NCBI GenBank assembly: GCA_037190965.1
Contig: JBBCKI010000032.1
Location: 1-62,783 of the forward strand
Direction: 5' to 3'
Source of the DNA: Chthoniobacteraceae bacterium
GTDB taxonomy: Bacteria > Verrucomicrobiota > Verrucomicrobiia > Chthoniobacterales > Chthoniobacteraceae
DNA: 62,783 nt
The translations under genes were made by a program, and so were the position numbers. The notes below the pieces were generated by a model, which was not told the DNA's origin, made no database searches, and saw only the letters and a list, made by a program, of their open reading frames with translations. Position 1 is the stretch's first letter, and each line of letters begins with the position of its first letter. Positions 8,661-18,494 of the stretch are shown here, in pieces.

Positions 8661-11368
8661 TCCGTTTTGCCGCTCCCGAATGGTTCCTGCTGTTACCGGT
8701 GCTGGCCTTTGCGATCTGGCGCTGGAGAAAGAGCGCGCGCCCATTCCTCCGGGGCGCCTGTCTCCTACTTTTGCTGCTCCTGCTGGTACGACCACAGGTG
8801 CGAAAAACCGCGCGCGGGCTCGACCTCTGGGTCCTGGCGGACCGTTCCGGCTCGGCGGCCGCCAGCGTGGAGCCACACCTCGCCGAATGGGAGACCATTC
8901 TGGAGCGTTCCAAAAACCCGGAGGATCGCCTCTACTTCATCGACTATGCAGCGGAGGCCGCGTTGCGCGACCACTCGGCGGGTGTCGCGCTCACCGGGGA
9001 TCGCAATGGCACCCGCACCGCGCTGGCCGCCAATTACGCCCTTTCGCTTACCGACCCCGGGCGTTCCTCGCGCTTGCTGGTACTAAGCGACGGGTTTTCC
9101 ACAGAGCCTTTCGGGGCCTTGGAAGAACGGCTTCGGAAGGAAGGGATTCCGCTCGACTGCCGCCTTGCCACCGAAGGGAACGTGCGCGATTACCGGGTGG
9201 AATCGCTCGGGCTCCCAATGCGCGCCCAACCCGGCGAACCGTTCCTGATCGAAGTCCGCGTCAACGGGCCCGGCCCCGCGCAGGTGCCGTTTGAGATCAC
9301 GCGCGATGGCACGGAGATCGTGCGCGGGTCCGTTGAGATCCCGGCCAATTCCCGCATCGGTATGGGCCTGGGTTTTGGAGTGGCACGCTTCACCGACCGC
9401 GTGATCACGCCGGGCGGCCGCCGCTATGCCGTCCGGATCACTCCAGCGGAGGACGCGCACCCCGGCAATAATACCGCCGAACAGTGGATGGAGATCACCG
9501 GCGGGCCACGCGTGCTGCTCGTCACCGGGTATCAGGACGATCCTCTGGCGGAATCGCTGCGGGCGCAGGGCTTCGAAGTCGAAGTCGTCACCGACCCCGC
9601 CACGCTCAATGTCGGGAAACTGCAAGGCGCGCGCGCCGTCATTCTCAACAACGTCCCCGCATTCAAGCTCCCGCCCGGCTTTCTGCAGGCGCTCGATTTC
9701 TTTGTGCGCGATCAGTCGGGCGGGCTTCTCATGGCGGGCGGGAAGATGAGCTTCGGGTGCGGCGGGTACTTCGGCTCGCCCATTGCCGACCTGCTCCCCG
9801 TCTCGATGGAACTTCGCCAGGAACACCGGAAACTGGCCGTCGCCATGGCCATCGTGCTCGACCGCTCCGGCAGCATGGCCGCCCCCGCAGGAGGCCAGAC
9901 CAAGATGGACCTTGCCGATGCCGGGGCCGCCCGCGCCGTGGAGTTGCTTGGGCCGATGGACGAAGTGGCGGTCTTCGCGGTCGATACCAAGCCGCACGTG
10001 ATTGTGCCGTTGAGCAGCGTCGGCCAGGCTGCAAAAAGTCTTGGCGACACCATCCGGCGCATCACCAGCGGCGGCGGGGGCATTTTTGTCTATACCGGGT
10101 TGAAGGCGGCCTATGAGGCGCTCCAACAATCGCCGCGCGGCCAGCGGCATGTCATTCTGTTTGCCGACGCCGCCGACGCAGAAGAACCCGGCGATTACAA
10201 AGAATTACTCAAGAAGATGGAAGAAGAGGAGACGACCGTCAGCGTCATCGGCCTCGGCACGGAGAACGACAGCGACGCCGCCTTCCTCAAGGATGTCGCC
10301 GCCCGGGGCAAGGGGCGCATCTTCTTCACCAAAGACGCCACAGAGCTTCCCGCCATCTTCGAGCAGGAGACCGTGGCGGTGGCCCGCTCCGCGTTTCTGG
10401 ATCAGCCGACCCCGCTCAAGGCCCTGCCGGGCTGGGCGGAACTGGCCGCCCGCCCTCTCGGCTGGCTGGGCTCCGTGGAGGGCTACAACCTCAGCTATCT
10501 GCGCCCCGAGGCCACGGCGGCGGCCATCACCGGCGATGACGAAAGCGCGCCGCTGGTCGCCTTCTGGCAGCGCGGCACGGGCCGGGCCGCCGCTGTGTCG
10601 TTCCCGCTGGCGGGTGATTTCTCCGCCGGCACACGCGGCTGGGCAGGGTATGGCGACTTTGTGCAAACCCTCGCGCGGTGGCTCATGGGAGAAGCGCTCC
10701 TGCCGGGCATCGGCCTCCGCGCCACGGTCGAGGGCACCCAACTGAACGCCGATCTCCTCTTCGACCCATCCTGGGAAAACGCCCTCTCCCAAACGCCTCC
10801 CAGGCTGGTGCTGGCCGGTACGAAAGCGGACGAAAGAAATGAAATCATTTGGGAGCGAATGGAGCCGGGCCGCTACCGGGCGACCGCATCCCTCACCCCC
10901 GGCCAGACGGTCCGGGGGGCGGTGCAGATCGGAGAGTCGACGCTGCCTTTCGGTCCCTTACAGGCAGGGCTGGGCGCGGAGTGGGCAATGGATCCCGCCA
11001 AGCGCGCGGAACTTGTCGCCCTGGCTCATGCCAGCGGCGGCATGGAGAGGGGTGATCTCGCCAGCGTCTGGAACGCCCCGCGCCGCGCGGAGTTTGCCGA
11101 TTTGCGGCAATGGATTCTCCCGACGCTCCTGCTGCTCTTCCTGCTGGAATCGCTTCTGGCCCGGCTGGGCGGTACGGTCAAACTGCCGGACCCGGGTTCA
11201 CTAGCCAGCGCCGCCTTAAAAAAAGCCCGGCCCACGCGCAAAACAGCGCCCATTGCGGAAGCGATCGCCGTCCCCGTTCCGGAGCCCCCAAAAGAAGAGG
11301 AGCCCAAGCCCGAAGTCCCAGCCACCGATCGCCGCGACCGGTTCCGCCGTGCCAAGCGCGGGTTATAG
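8657..11368 (+). CDS. Large membrane-anchored protein with two vWA domains and a glutamine-amidotransferase-like domain
   Basis: MIDAS-like ADRSGS and LDRSGSM; FVRDQSGGLLMAGG..SFG.GGY..SPIADLLPV motif; GTG at 8657 overlaps previous stop and follows AGGAGG. Confidence 0.85.
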   Translation: MIRFAAPEWFLLLPVLAFAIWRWRKSARPFLRGACLLLLLLLLVRPQVRKTARGLDLWVLADRSGSAAASVEPHLAEWETILERSKNPEDRLYFIDYAAEAALRDHSAGVALTGDRNGTRTALAANYALSLTDPGRSSRLLVLSDGFSTEPFGALEERLRKEGIPLDCRLATEGNVRDYRVESLGLPMRAQPGEPFLIEVRVNGPGPAQVPFEITRDGTEIVRGSVEIPANSRIGMGLGFGVARFTDRVITPGGRRYAVRITPAEDAHPGNNTAEQWMEITGGPRVLLVTGYQDDPLAESLRAQGFEVEVVTDPATLNVGKLQGARAVILNNVPAFKLPPGFLQALDFFVRDQSGGLLMAGGKMSFGCGGYFGSPIADLLPVSMELRQEHRKLAVAMAIVLDRSGSMAAPAGGQTKMDLADAGAARAVELLGPMDEVAVFAVDTKPHVIVPLSSVGQAAKSLGDTIRRITSGGGGIFVYTGLKAAYEALQQSPRGQRHVILFADAADAEEPGDYKELLKKMEEEETTVSVIGLGTENDSDAAFLKDVAARGKGRIFFTKDATELPAIFEQETVAVARSAFLDQPTPLKALPGWAELAARPLGWLGSVEGYNLSYLRPEATAAAITGDDESAPLVAFWQRGTGRAAAVSFPLAGDFSAGTRGWAGYGDFVQTLARWLMGEALLPGIGLRATVEGTQLNADLLFDPSWENALSQTPPRLVLAGTKADERNEIIWERMEPGRYRATASLTPGQTVRGAVQIGESTLPFGPLQAGLGAEWAMDPAKRAELVALAHASGGMERGDLASVWNAPRRAEFADLRQWILPTLLLLFLLESLLARLGGTVKLPDPGSLASAALKKARPTRKTAPIAEAIAVPVPEPPKEEEPKPEVPATDRRDRFRRAKRGL

Positions 11369-11370
11369 CC

Positions 11371-12492
11371 TCAAAGATAAACCCGGGCCACGCGTCCGGT
11401 GAGCCGCGTAAAAATCTCCCATGGGATCGTCCCCGCCCGGGCCGCCAGTTCCGAAGCGAGAATCTCCTCATTACCTTGCCTCCCGATGAAAACGGCTTCA
11501 TCGGCGGTCTGCACCCCGGGCACCTGGCTGACATCCACCAAAAGCTGATCCATCGTCACCCTTCCCAGGACCGGGCAGCGACGCCCCCCGATCAACACTT
11601 CGGCCCCGGCGTTGGATAAATGGCGCGGGTAGCCGTCGCCATACCCGGCGGCGAGCGTGGCGATCCGCATCGGCTGCGGCGTAATGAACGTCCGCCCGTA
11701 ACTCACGCCCCGCCCGGCGGGCACGTCGCGGAGCAAAGCGATGCGGGTTTTCCACGCGAGCACGGGCCGGAGCCGGCTCTGGTACTCCGCCACCGGGGAG
11801 CTTCCGTAAAGCATCAGGCCAGGGCGGACCATGCTGCCCTCTTCCACCGCTCCGAACAGAAGAGTTCCGGCGCTATTGAGGGAATGGATGGAGGGAAGGC
11901 GCAGCCCTGCCGCCCGGAGACCGGCAACCACCCTGTGCCAGCGCGCCAGTTGTCCCAAGGTCCAAGCCTCGTCTTCGTCCGCCGAAGGAAGATGCGTGCC
12001 CGCGCCCGTCAGTCGAAGACCGGGAAGGGTGGCGATCTGCCGCGCGGTCTCCACCGCGTCGTCCTCCCAGACGCCGATCCGCCCCATGCCGGTATCGACC
12101 GCGAGATGAATCTCCAGAGGCGCTTCCCCGTCGAAGAGAGCCGAGGCATACGCGCGCGCTTCTTCCAAGGAGGAAACGACCGGGAGGAATCGCTCCCTGA
12201 TGATCACTTCGCGTTCTTCGGGAAGCGCGGGGCCGAGGATCATTACGGAAGACCCCGGTACGGCCGAACGAAGCGCCTGCGCCTCCATCACGTTGGCAAC
12301 GGCAAAAAGCTCCACCCTCCCGCGCAGCGCCGTCGCGAGCCTGGCCAGACCGTGCCCATAGGCGTCCGCCTTCAGAACCGCCGCCACGACGGTGCCTGAG
12401 GGAATAAGCTCGCGGACCTGCGCCAGATTATGGAGCAGGGCGGAGAGATCGATTTCGGCCCAGCAACGGCCATGTGGCGCGGAAGAATCCAT
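11371..12492 (-). CDS. alr: Alanine racemase
   Basis: WAEIDL, VLKADAYGHG (PLP Lys), DTGMGRIG, GVSYG, GRVTMDQ. Confidence 0.96.
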   Translation of the reverse strand: MDSSAPHGRCWAEIDLSALLHNLAQVRELIPSGTVVAAVLKADAYGHGLARLATALRGRVELFAVANVMEAQALRSAVPGSSVMILGPALPEEREVIIRERFLPVVSSLEEARAYASALFDGEAPLEIHLAVDTGMGRIGVWEDDAVETARQIATLPGLRLTGAGTHLPSADEDEAWTLGQLARWHRVVAGLRAAGLRLPSIHSLNSAGTLLFGAVEEGSMVRPGLMLYGSSPVAEYQSRLRPVLAWKTRIALLRDVPAGRGVSYGRTFITPQPMRIATLAAGYGDGYPRHLSNAGAEVLIGGRRCPVLGRVTMDQLLVDVSQVPGVQTADEAVFIGRQGNEEILASELAARAGTIPWEIFTRLTGRVARVYL

Positions 12493-12640
12493 GGAGAACG
12501 AATAAACCCGAACAATACGGTTGGAGCGAGTGGAATTGAACAAGGAAAGAAAGCGAGTATCCTCGGCCCATCCCTTATCCGTCGGGGTATTCATGCCCTA
12601 CTTGCTCCATCCGACTTCCTCTGCTATTCGTTCGGAGCCC

Positions 12641-13669
12641 ATGAAAATTCTTCCCCTCGCTCTCCTTCTGGTTGCAACACCCGCCTTTGCGCAGGTATCG
12701 ACACCGGCACTCCGGAGGGGATCACCCGCCGTTCCTCCGAAAACAGCGAAGGTGGCGAAGACTGCAGGACCCGCCGCCCCGGCGACAGCGGCTCCCGACG
12801 CAACGCCACGCCCCGCGGGTCGTACCAGCCGCGCTGCCGCGCCGAAGCCGACGCAAGGGCAAGGGCAGACCGCTCCAGCGGAAGCCTCGGCCTCCAAGCC
12901 GAAGAAGCGCGGATTTTTCGGATTTTTCGGCAAACTTTTTGGCGGCGGTAAAAAGAAAGCGGGAGAGGTGGTCGAGCCCAGCGCGACCCAAGGTTCCGAA
13001 GTTACGGCTGCAACGGCCAAGGCCCAGAAATCCGCCGCGCCCGGCGCGATAGCGGATCATCCGGGTTCCTCGATTCGCCCCACCTTCCGGGAACGGACGA
13101 AAAAGCCTGCGGCCAGCACCACCCGCCCCGCCATTGATGCAACCGCCGATATGACGGCTGACCGCTCCTCGACGATTCCTGCTGCACCCGCCAAACGTAC
13201 CGGGAACGTCACTCGCCCGCCTGCGGTCACCCCCGCCCCGGAATCCGCCAACCCACCGTCGCAATCGTCGATCAAGCCTGTCGTGAAAGCTGCCGCAAAA
13301 CCGGCACCAAAAGAATCCTCCACGATACCCAACGCGCCGTCGGGGGGCGCCTCCACGGGTTCCTCGCTCCTGCCCGGATCCACCGGCTCCGCCACCAGTT
13401 CCACAGGGACTGCCGGAACCGAGTTTGACAAGGCGCGTTACCTCAAAATCAAGCGCGAAGCAGCAGCCGATCCCGGAGTATTGGAGTTGAGCGCGAAGCT
13501 CAATGCCACCGCCCCCGGTTCCGCCTACAAGAAAGCGGCCCGCGCCTATTCCAACGCGCTTTTCTCCAAAATGCGGGAGATCGATCCTTCGCAAACGGAG
13601 TGGGTTAACCGGATGGAAGCGGCGACCGTTCGCCGGATTGATGCAGGGAAGGCGTTCGTCGCCGAATAA
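12641..13669 (+). CDS. Exported Pro/Ala/Lys/Ser/Thr-rich low-complexity protein with C-terminal helical domain
   Basis: Signal peptide MKILPLALLLVATPAFA; GGAG RBS; long low-complexity region. Confidence 0.8.
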   Translation: MKILPLALLLVATPAFAQVSTPALRRGSPAVPPKTAKVAKTAGPAAPATAAPDATPRPAGRTSRAAAPKPTQGQGQTAPAEASASKPKKRGFFGFFGKLFGGGKKKAGEVVEPSATQGSEVTAATAKAQKSAAPGAIADHPGSSIRPTFRERTKKPAASTTRPAIDATADMTADRSSTIPAAPAKRTGNVTRPPAVTPAPESANPPSQSSIKPVVKAAAKPAPKESSTIPNAPSGGASTGSSLLPGSTGSATSSTGTAGTEFDKARYLKIKREAAADPGVLELSAKLNATAPGSAYKKAARAYSNALFSKMREIDPSQTEWVNRMEAATVRRIDAGKAFVAE

Positions 13670-13719
13670 CGGAAAACTCCCCTTGTTCCCGGGGGATGAA
13701 AAAGTTTTAATCGCGGCCC

Positions 13720-14376
13720 GTGGCCGCGCCCTCATCCAAGTCTTTCAATCTGATCCATGTCGACGATCATCCCATCGTCAACTTCGGGGTCAAAGCCCTG
13801 CTTGAGGAAACGGAATCCATCAGGCTGATCGCCAGTGCGGCAACCGCAGCCGACGCGATCACCCTAGCACGGCAGCATCAGCCGGATCTCATTGTACTGG
13901 ACCTGGTGCTCGGAGGGCGCAGCGGGTTGGAATTGATTCCGGAACTGCTCAGCGTCGCGGAAAATGCCGGCATCATCGTCTATTCCGCCCTGGATGAAAG
14001 ACTCTACGCCCAAAGGGCTTTCGCAGCGGGAGCACGCGGGTATGTCATGAAGGAGGCCGGGTTGCTCGCCCTCCTCGAAGCCATTCGAACCGTGGCGCAG
14101 GGGGTTCCGTACGCGAGCGATGCCATCAAACGCGCGCTGCTGGAGAAATCCATCAAAGGAAAAGCGACTTCTTCTCCTCGCGGCATCGAAGCGCTCTCCA
14201 ACCAGGAGCTTTACATTTTCCGCCTGATCGGTTCTGGCCTCTCGTCATCGGCCATCGCGGAGCAACTGGGCATCAGCCCGAAAACCGTGAGCTCCCATCG
14301 CGAACGGATCAAAAACAAACTGGGGCTCCAGACAAGCCGCGAGTTGGAACGCATTGCCGAGGAAGCCTATCTTTAG
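13720..14376 (+). CDS. NarL/LuxR-family response regulator
   Basis: VDDHPIV, VLDL phosphoacceptor, LSNQE..IAEQLGISPKTVSSHRERI HTH. Confidence 0.93.
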   Translation: MAAPSSKSFNLIHVDDHPIVNFGVKALLEETESIRLIASAATAADAITLARQHQPDLIVLDLVLGGRSGLELIPELLSVAENAGIIVYSALDERLYAQRAFAAGARGYVMKEAGLLALLEAIRTVAQGVPYASDAIKRALLEKSIKGKATSSPRGIEALSNQELYIFRLIGSGLSSSAIAEQLGISPKTVSSHRERIKNKLGLQTSRELERIAEEAYL

Positions 14377-14537
14377 GGCGCGGTCACGAATTGAGAAATG
14401 AGGATAAAAGACCAATTTTCGAGTCAAAAATGTGCCGATGAAACTCGGCGAATCGAAATTCGTCGAGTTGAAGAGGGGCATTTTTGGCCGAAAAGTGGCT
14501 TTTATGCCGACTTCAGCAAATTCGTGAACACGTTCTA

Positions 14538-15884
14538 ATGCATCGTTGGAGCAACCCCATCGTCGACAAGGAGGAACGGGCCCTCTTCCTGCGGGAGATC
14601 ACCGCAGGCAATCTACGACGGATGCTTTGGTTGATCGCAATCTGCCTGCCGATCAGCATCGGAGTTTTCATTTACAACTTCCTGCACCTGCACGTGAGCG
14701 GGCTCATCCCGTGGTTGTTTCTCGACATCATTCCCGGGCTGATCTTCCTCGGGCTGACGCTGCTGGCTATCAGGCGCACCCTTCCGATCCGATTCCACCG
14801 CGGGCTGATCCTGACATATTACGTTTACTGTCTGACCATCATGGATGGTTACTACTTTTCCACGTTGGCCAATGTAGGGGAAAACGGAGCCCATACAATC
14901 GGCCTCATGATTGTGGCGGTGCTCTTTCGCCTGCCGCCGCGAGAGTTCCTTACCATTCTAATCGTCAACCATGCCTTGTTTACTGCGGGGATTCTAGTGA
15001 TGAAACGAAGCGTCACCGGGGCTTCGCAACTCCTCGTCATCGGACTCGACAGCTTCGTGATCGCTGTGCTGGCGGCCTGGTTTCTTTTCAACAAGGAGTG
15101 GGACGATTTCCAGAAAGGCCGCGTGATCGCCCAACGCAATCGGGAGCTTGCCGTCGCCAATGCCCGCCTGCGACTGCACAATGAGGAGATGAACGAGATC
15201 ATGGCCATCGCCGCCCATGATCTCCGTAGCCCGCTTTATAACGTCAAGGCGTTGCTGGATCTGTTCCTGACCCGCGAAGAATGGAAACGCCCCCCTTACG
15301 CGGCCGCACTGACGGAGGTTGGCCGAGCCTGCGGCGGAATGCTAACACTAGTGGGCCGACTGCTCGAAGCGCACGCGGCCGAACACGGGCGGGGCAAAAA
15401 CGACGGAGACCGCGCACAACGGATCGATGCCGACAAAGTGATCGAAAACGCCGTGGTAAAAGTTCGTAGCGCAGCGGAAACCAAGGAAGTCTGCATTGAA
15501 ACGCAATTTCCCCAACAGGGCGTCACCCTCGAGACCGATCCCGAAGTTCTCGAACAAGCGCTCGATAACCTTCTCTCAAACGCCCTCAAATTTTCGCCAC
15601 GCGGCACCCGGGTGCTCGTTCTCCTGGCAAAGAAAGAGGAAAGCTGCCACATCGAAATCCACGATGAGGGATGCGGCATTCCGGAGAACGAGCGGGCCAA
15701 ACTCTTCGGAAAATTCCAGCGGGGCACCAACCGTCCCGAGAACGGCGAACCGGGGACGGGGCTCGGCCTTTTCATCGTACGCCAGTTGATGGAAAACCTC
15801 GGCGGCAGCGTGCATTACGAGCCACGCTCACCAGCCGGTTCAATCTTCCGTTTACAATTACCCAGTGTGCCTCAATCCTCCTGA
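14538..15884 (+). CDS. Membrane sensor histidine kinase (HisKA + HATPase)
   Basis: About 6 N-terminal TMs, AAHDLRSPL H-box, NLLSNALKFS, DEGCG, GTGLGL. Confidence 0.93.
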   Translation: MHRWSNPIVDKEERALFLREITAGNLRRMLWLIAICLPISIGVFIYNFLHLHVSGLIPWLFLDIIPGLIFLGLTLLAIRRTLPIRFHRGLILTYYVYCLTIMDGYYFSTLANVGENGAHTIGLMIVAVLFRLPPREFLTILIVNHALFTAGILVMKRSVTGASQLLVIGLDSFVIAVLAAWFLFNKEWDDFQKGRVIAQRNRELAVANARLRLHNEEMNEIMAIAAHDLRSPLYNVKALLDLFLTREEWKRPPYAAALTEVGRACGGMLTLVGRLLEAHAAEHGRGKNDGDRAQRIDADKVIENAVVKVRSAAETKEVCIETQFPQQGVTLETDPEVLEQALDNLLSNALKFSPRGTRVLVLLAKKEESCHIEIHDEGCGIPENERAKLFGKFQRGTNRPENGEPGTGLGLFIVRQLMENLGGSVHYEPRSPAGSIFRLQLPSVPQSS

Positions 15885-15952
15885 GCTTCCGTCGCCACGA
15901 CGGCTCCCGGCATCAGCCGGAAAGCGCGCCTTCCCAAAAGCGATGCGCTAAT

Positions 15953-16927
15953 TTAGCTCGAACTCCGCCGGTAACGACTCAAACTCACGGCGAGGATGAG
16001 GATGGCCCCGGCGAGAATCTCCTGCGTGTAAGGCGGCCAACCCGCTTGTTGGGAGCCGTTGCGCAAAAGGGTGATCGCCAGTGCCGCAAACACCGCGCCG
16101 AAGACATTCCCCGTGCCGCCTTTAAGATTGGCCCCGCCCAGCAGGGCAGCGGCAATGATATCGACCGCGAGGCCCGAGATGGAAACCGCCGCCCCTTCGC
16201 CATGCACCCGCCCGGTATGCAACACCCCGGCAAAGCCAAACAGCGCCCCGGCGAGCGCATAGGCCAGCACGCGTGTGAGCGTTACCCGGACCCCGCAAAG
16301 CCTTGCGGCATCCTCATTGGAGCCGATGGCAAAAAGATGGCACCCGAACACACTGTTGCGAAGCACCACGGCCAACACGCCCGTCAGCAGAAGCGCAATC
16401 CAGATGCCGGGCGAAACGATGATGAGAGCCTCCTCAGGGAAGGGGGCCAGCAAGCGGTCGATCCAGGTACCGGGAAACGCGCCCTGTTTTTGCGTCAGCC
16501 ACTGGGCGATACCGCCCACCGCCCCTGCCATTCCGAGAGTAATCATGAAAGGAGCCACACGACAAAGGGAGATGAGCCCTCCATTGATCGCGCCAATGCA
16601 CGCCCCGACTCCGACGGCTGCCAGCAGAGCGGCACCCGGGCCGCCGCCGCCCTGCAGCAGAGTGGAAGCGATCACCCCCGTAAGGGCGATGACCGCGCCC
16701 ACGCTCAGGTCAATGCCTCCCGTCGCCATCACCAATGTCATCCCAAGCGCTCCGATCGCCACTACCGTGGCCTGCGCGACGATATACCGGAAGTTGCCGC
16801 CAGAAAAAAAGAACGCCCGTACCGGCTCCCCTTCGGGTGTTCGCAAAACGGAAAAGAGCAGGCAGGCAAACACGAGAACCGCGAATGGAATCGCCACGGA
16901 CAGAAGACGGCGGTTCATTGAAATCAT
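15953..16927 (-). CDS. Sugar ABC (CUT2/RbsC-like) permease
   Basis: GMTLVMATGGIDLSVG, PFMITLG, AIGSNEDAARLCGV, IAAALLGGANLKGG. Confidence 0.9.
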   Translation of the reverse strand: MISMNRRLLSVAIPFAVLVFACLLFSVLRTPEGEPVRAFFFSGGNFRYIVAQATVVAIGALGMTLVMATGGIDLSVGAVIALTGVIASTLLQGGGGPGAALLAAVGVGACIGAINGGLISLCRVAPFMITLGMAGAVGGIAQWLTQKQGAFPGTWIDRLLAPFPEEALIIVSPGIWIALLLTGVLAVVLRNSVFGCHLFAIGSNEDAARLCGVRVTLTRVLAYALAGALFGFAGVLHTGRVHGEGAAVSISGLAVDIIAAALLGGANLKGGTGNVFGAVFAALAITLLRNGSQQAGWPPYTQEILAGAILILAVSLSRYRRSSS

Positions 16928-18393
16928 AAGCTCGGGGTGAACCTCCGGTTCAAAACGCCCGATGTCGCCGGGATCATCTCCGCGAGGGTCCAATCTCGCG
17001 CGGGGCGAACTTCCGTCATGCGTCCCCGCCGCATTACCCCAACGGTGTCGCAGAGAGCCAAAAGCTCAGGAAACGAAGGCGTCGCGACCACAATCGATCT
17101 CCCCTCCGACACCAACTCGGCAATCCAGCCGTAAATCCGCTCCCGGGAGGCCGCGTCGATCCCGCTCACCGGCTCGTCCAGCAGAAGCAGCCGCGCCCGG
17201 CTTTGCAGCAGACGGCCTACGGCGACCTTCCGCCGATTGCCGCAGGAAAGCTCTCCCACAGGCTGCGAGGGCCGGGCACCCTGGATGTGCAGTTTCTCCA
17301 TCCAGTCGAGGGCGGCCATGGTCCTCTTTTCGCAAGAGAACCATCCCAGGATCCCGAAACCCGCCAGCCGGGAAAGGGTCAGGTTTTCCGCGACGCTCCG
17401 GCACGGCAAAAGCCCTTCGCCTCCCTCCGCGCCCTTATCGCCCACCATCCCCATCCGTTGCGGGATCCCCTCCAAAATACCGCTCGTCAGCGGGTCCAAC
17501 CCGAAGATCGCCCGGAGCAACGCCGAGCGGCCCGAACCCGGAAGACCCGCGACTCCGAAAATTTCGCCCTGGTGCAGAACCAGATCGACCGGCCCGGGCA
17601 GCCGCGCCGTCGAGACCCCGCGGAGTTCCAGCACCCGCCCGCCGACTCGGTGAGCCCGCCTCCGGCACAATGCGCCCGGCTCGCTTCCTTCCAGGAGAGC
17701 GAGCGCGCGGGCGCGATCAAGGCGATCCGCCCGCTCGGAGGCGACAATCCCGCCCTCTCGCAAAAGCAGCGTATGTCCACCAAGCTCCCGCGCCACTTCC
17801 AGGGAGCGGGTCAGGAGGAGAACGGCAGTCCCCTCCCGGGCCCGTGCCCGGAGTATGGCAAAAAGATTCCGCAGATCCACTTCCGCCAGCGGTCCCGGAT
17901 CGTCGATCACGACCATTCGGGGCCGCCCCATCAGCGTCCGGACGATCTCAACCCGCCGCTGCTGCGACGCACTCAAGAGTTCGGCGGGAATATCCAGCGG
18001 AATATCCTCGCTTTGCAATGCCGTCAGCGCACGTTGCGCCAATTCATTCCGCCGGGCCCGGTTGATCCATCCGCAACGGGCAGGCTCCATCCCCAGCGCA
18101 AGATTTTCGGCGGCGGTCAAGTGCGGCGCGAGCGCCGGGCCCGCCAAAAGAACGGAAACGCCCGCCCGTCTCGCTTCGTGCGGAGTGCGCGGATCAAAGG
18201 GACGGCCATCCAGCAAAAGCCGTCCCGCGTCGGGCTTCAGAATACCGGCCAGAATCGCCGTCAGGGTGCTCTTTCCCGAGCCCCGTCCACCCACCATCAC
18301 GGACACCGAACCCGCCGCAAGGGCAAGATCGACCCGATGCAGAGCCCGCTCCGCGCCAAACCTTTTGCCGATTCCTTGCAATTGCAAACGCAT
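16924..18393 (-). CDS. Sugar ABC (RbsA/MglA-like) two-domain ATPase with degenerate motifs
   Basis: Two NBDs: GGRGSGKST/VVIDDP and GLPGSGRS/LSCGNRRK/LLLDEP. Confidence 0.8.
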   Translation of the reverse strand: MRLQLQGIGKRFGAERALHRVDLALAAGSVSVMVGGRGSGKSTLTAILAGILKPDAGRLLLDGRPFDPRTPHEARRAGVSVLLAGPALAPHLTAAENLALGMEPARCGWINRARRNELAQRALTALQSEDIPLDIPAELLSASQQRRVEIVRTLMGRPRMVVIDDPGPLAEVDLRNLFAILRARAREGTAVLLLTRSLEVARELGGHTLLLREGGIVASERADRLDRARALALLEGSEPGALCRRRAHRVGGRVLELRGVSTARLPGPVDLVLHQGEIFGVAGLPGSGRSALLRAIFGLDPLTSGILEGIPQRMGMVGDKGAEGGEGLLPCRSVAENLTLSRLAGFGILGWFSCEKRTMAALDWMEKLHIQGARPSQPVGELSCGNRRKVAVGRLLQSRARLLLLDEPVSGIDAASRERIYGWIAELVSEGRSIVVATPSFPELLALCDTVGVMRRGRMTEVRPARDWTLAEMIPATSGVLNRRFTPSL

Positions 18394-18494
18394 GGGTGGA
18401 CAACCCGGGGTTCGGAGGAATCCGCGTTGGCGGACTTCTCTTCACGACCTGCTCCTTGACAAAACCCAAGCCGCTTGCCGAGATTGCGGTTTCT

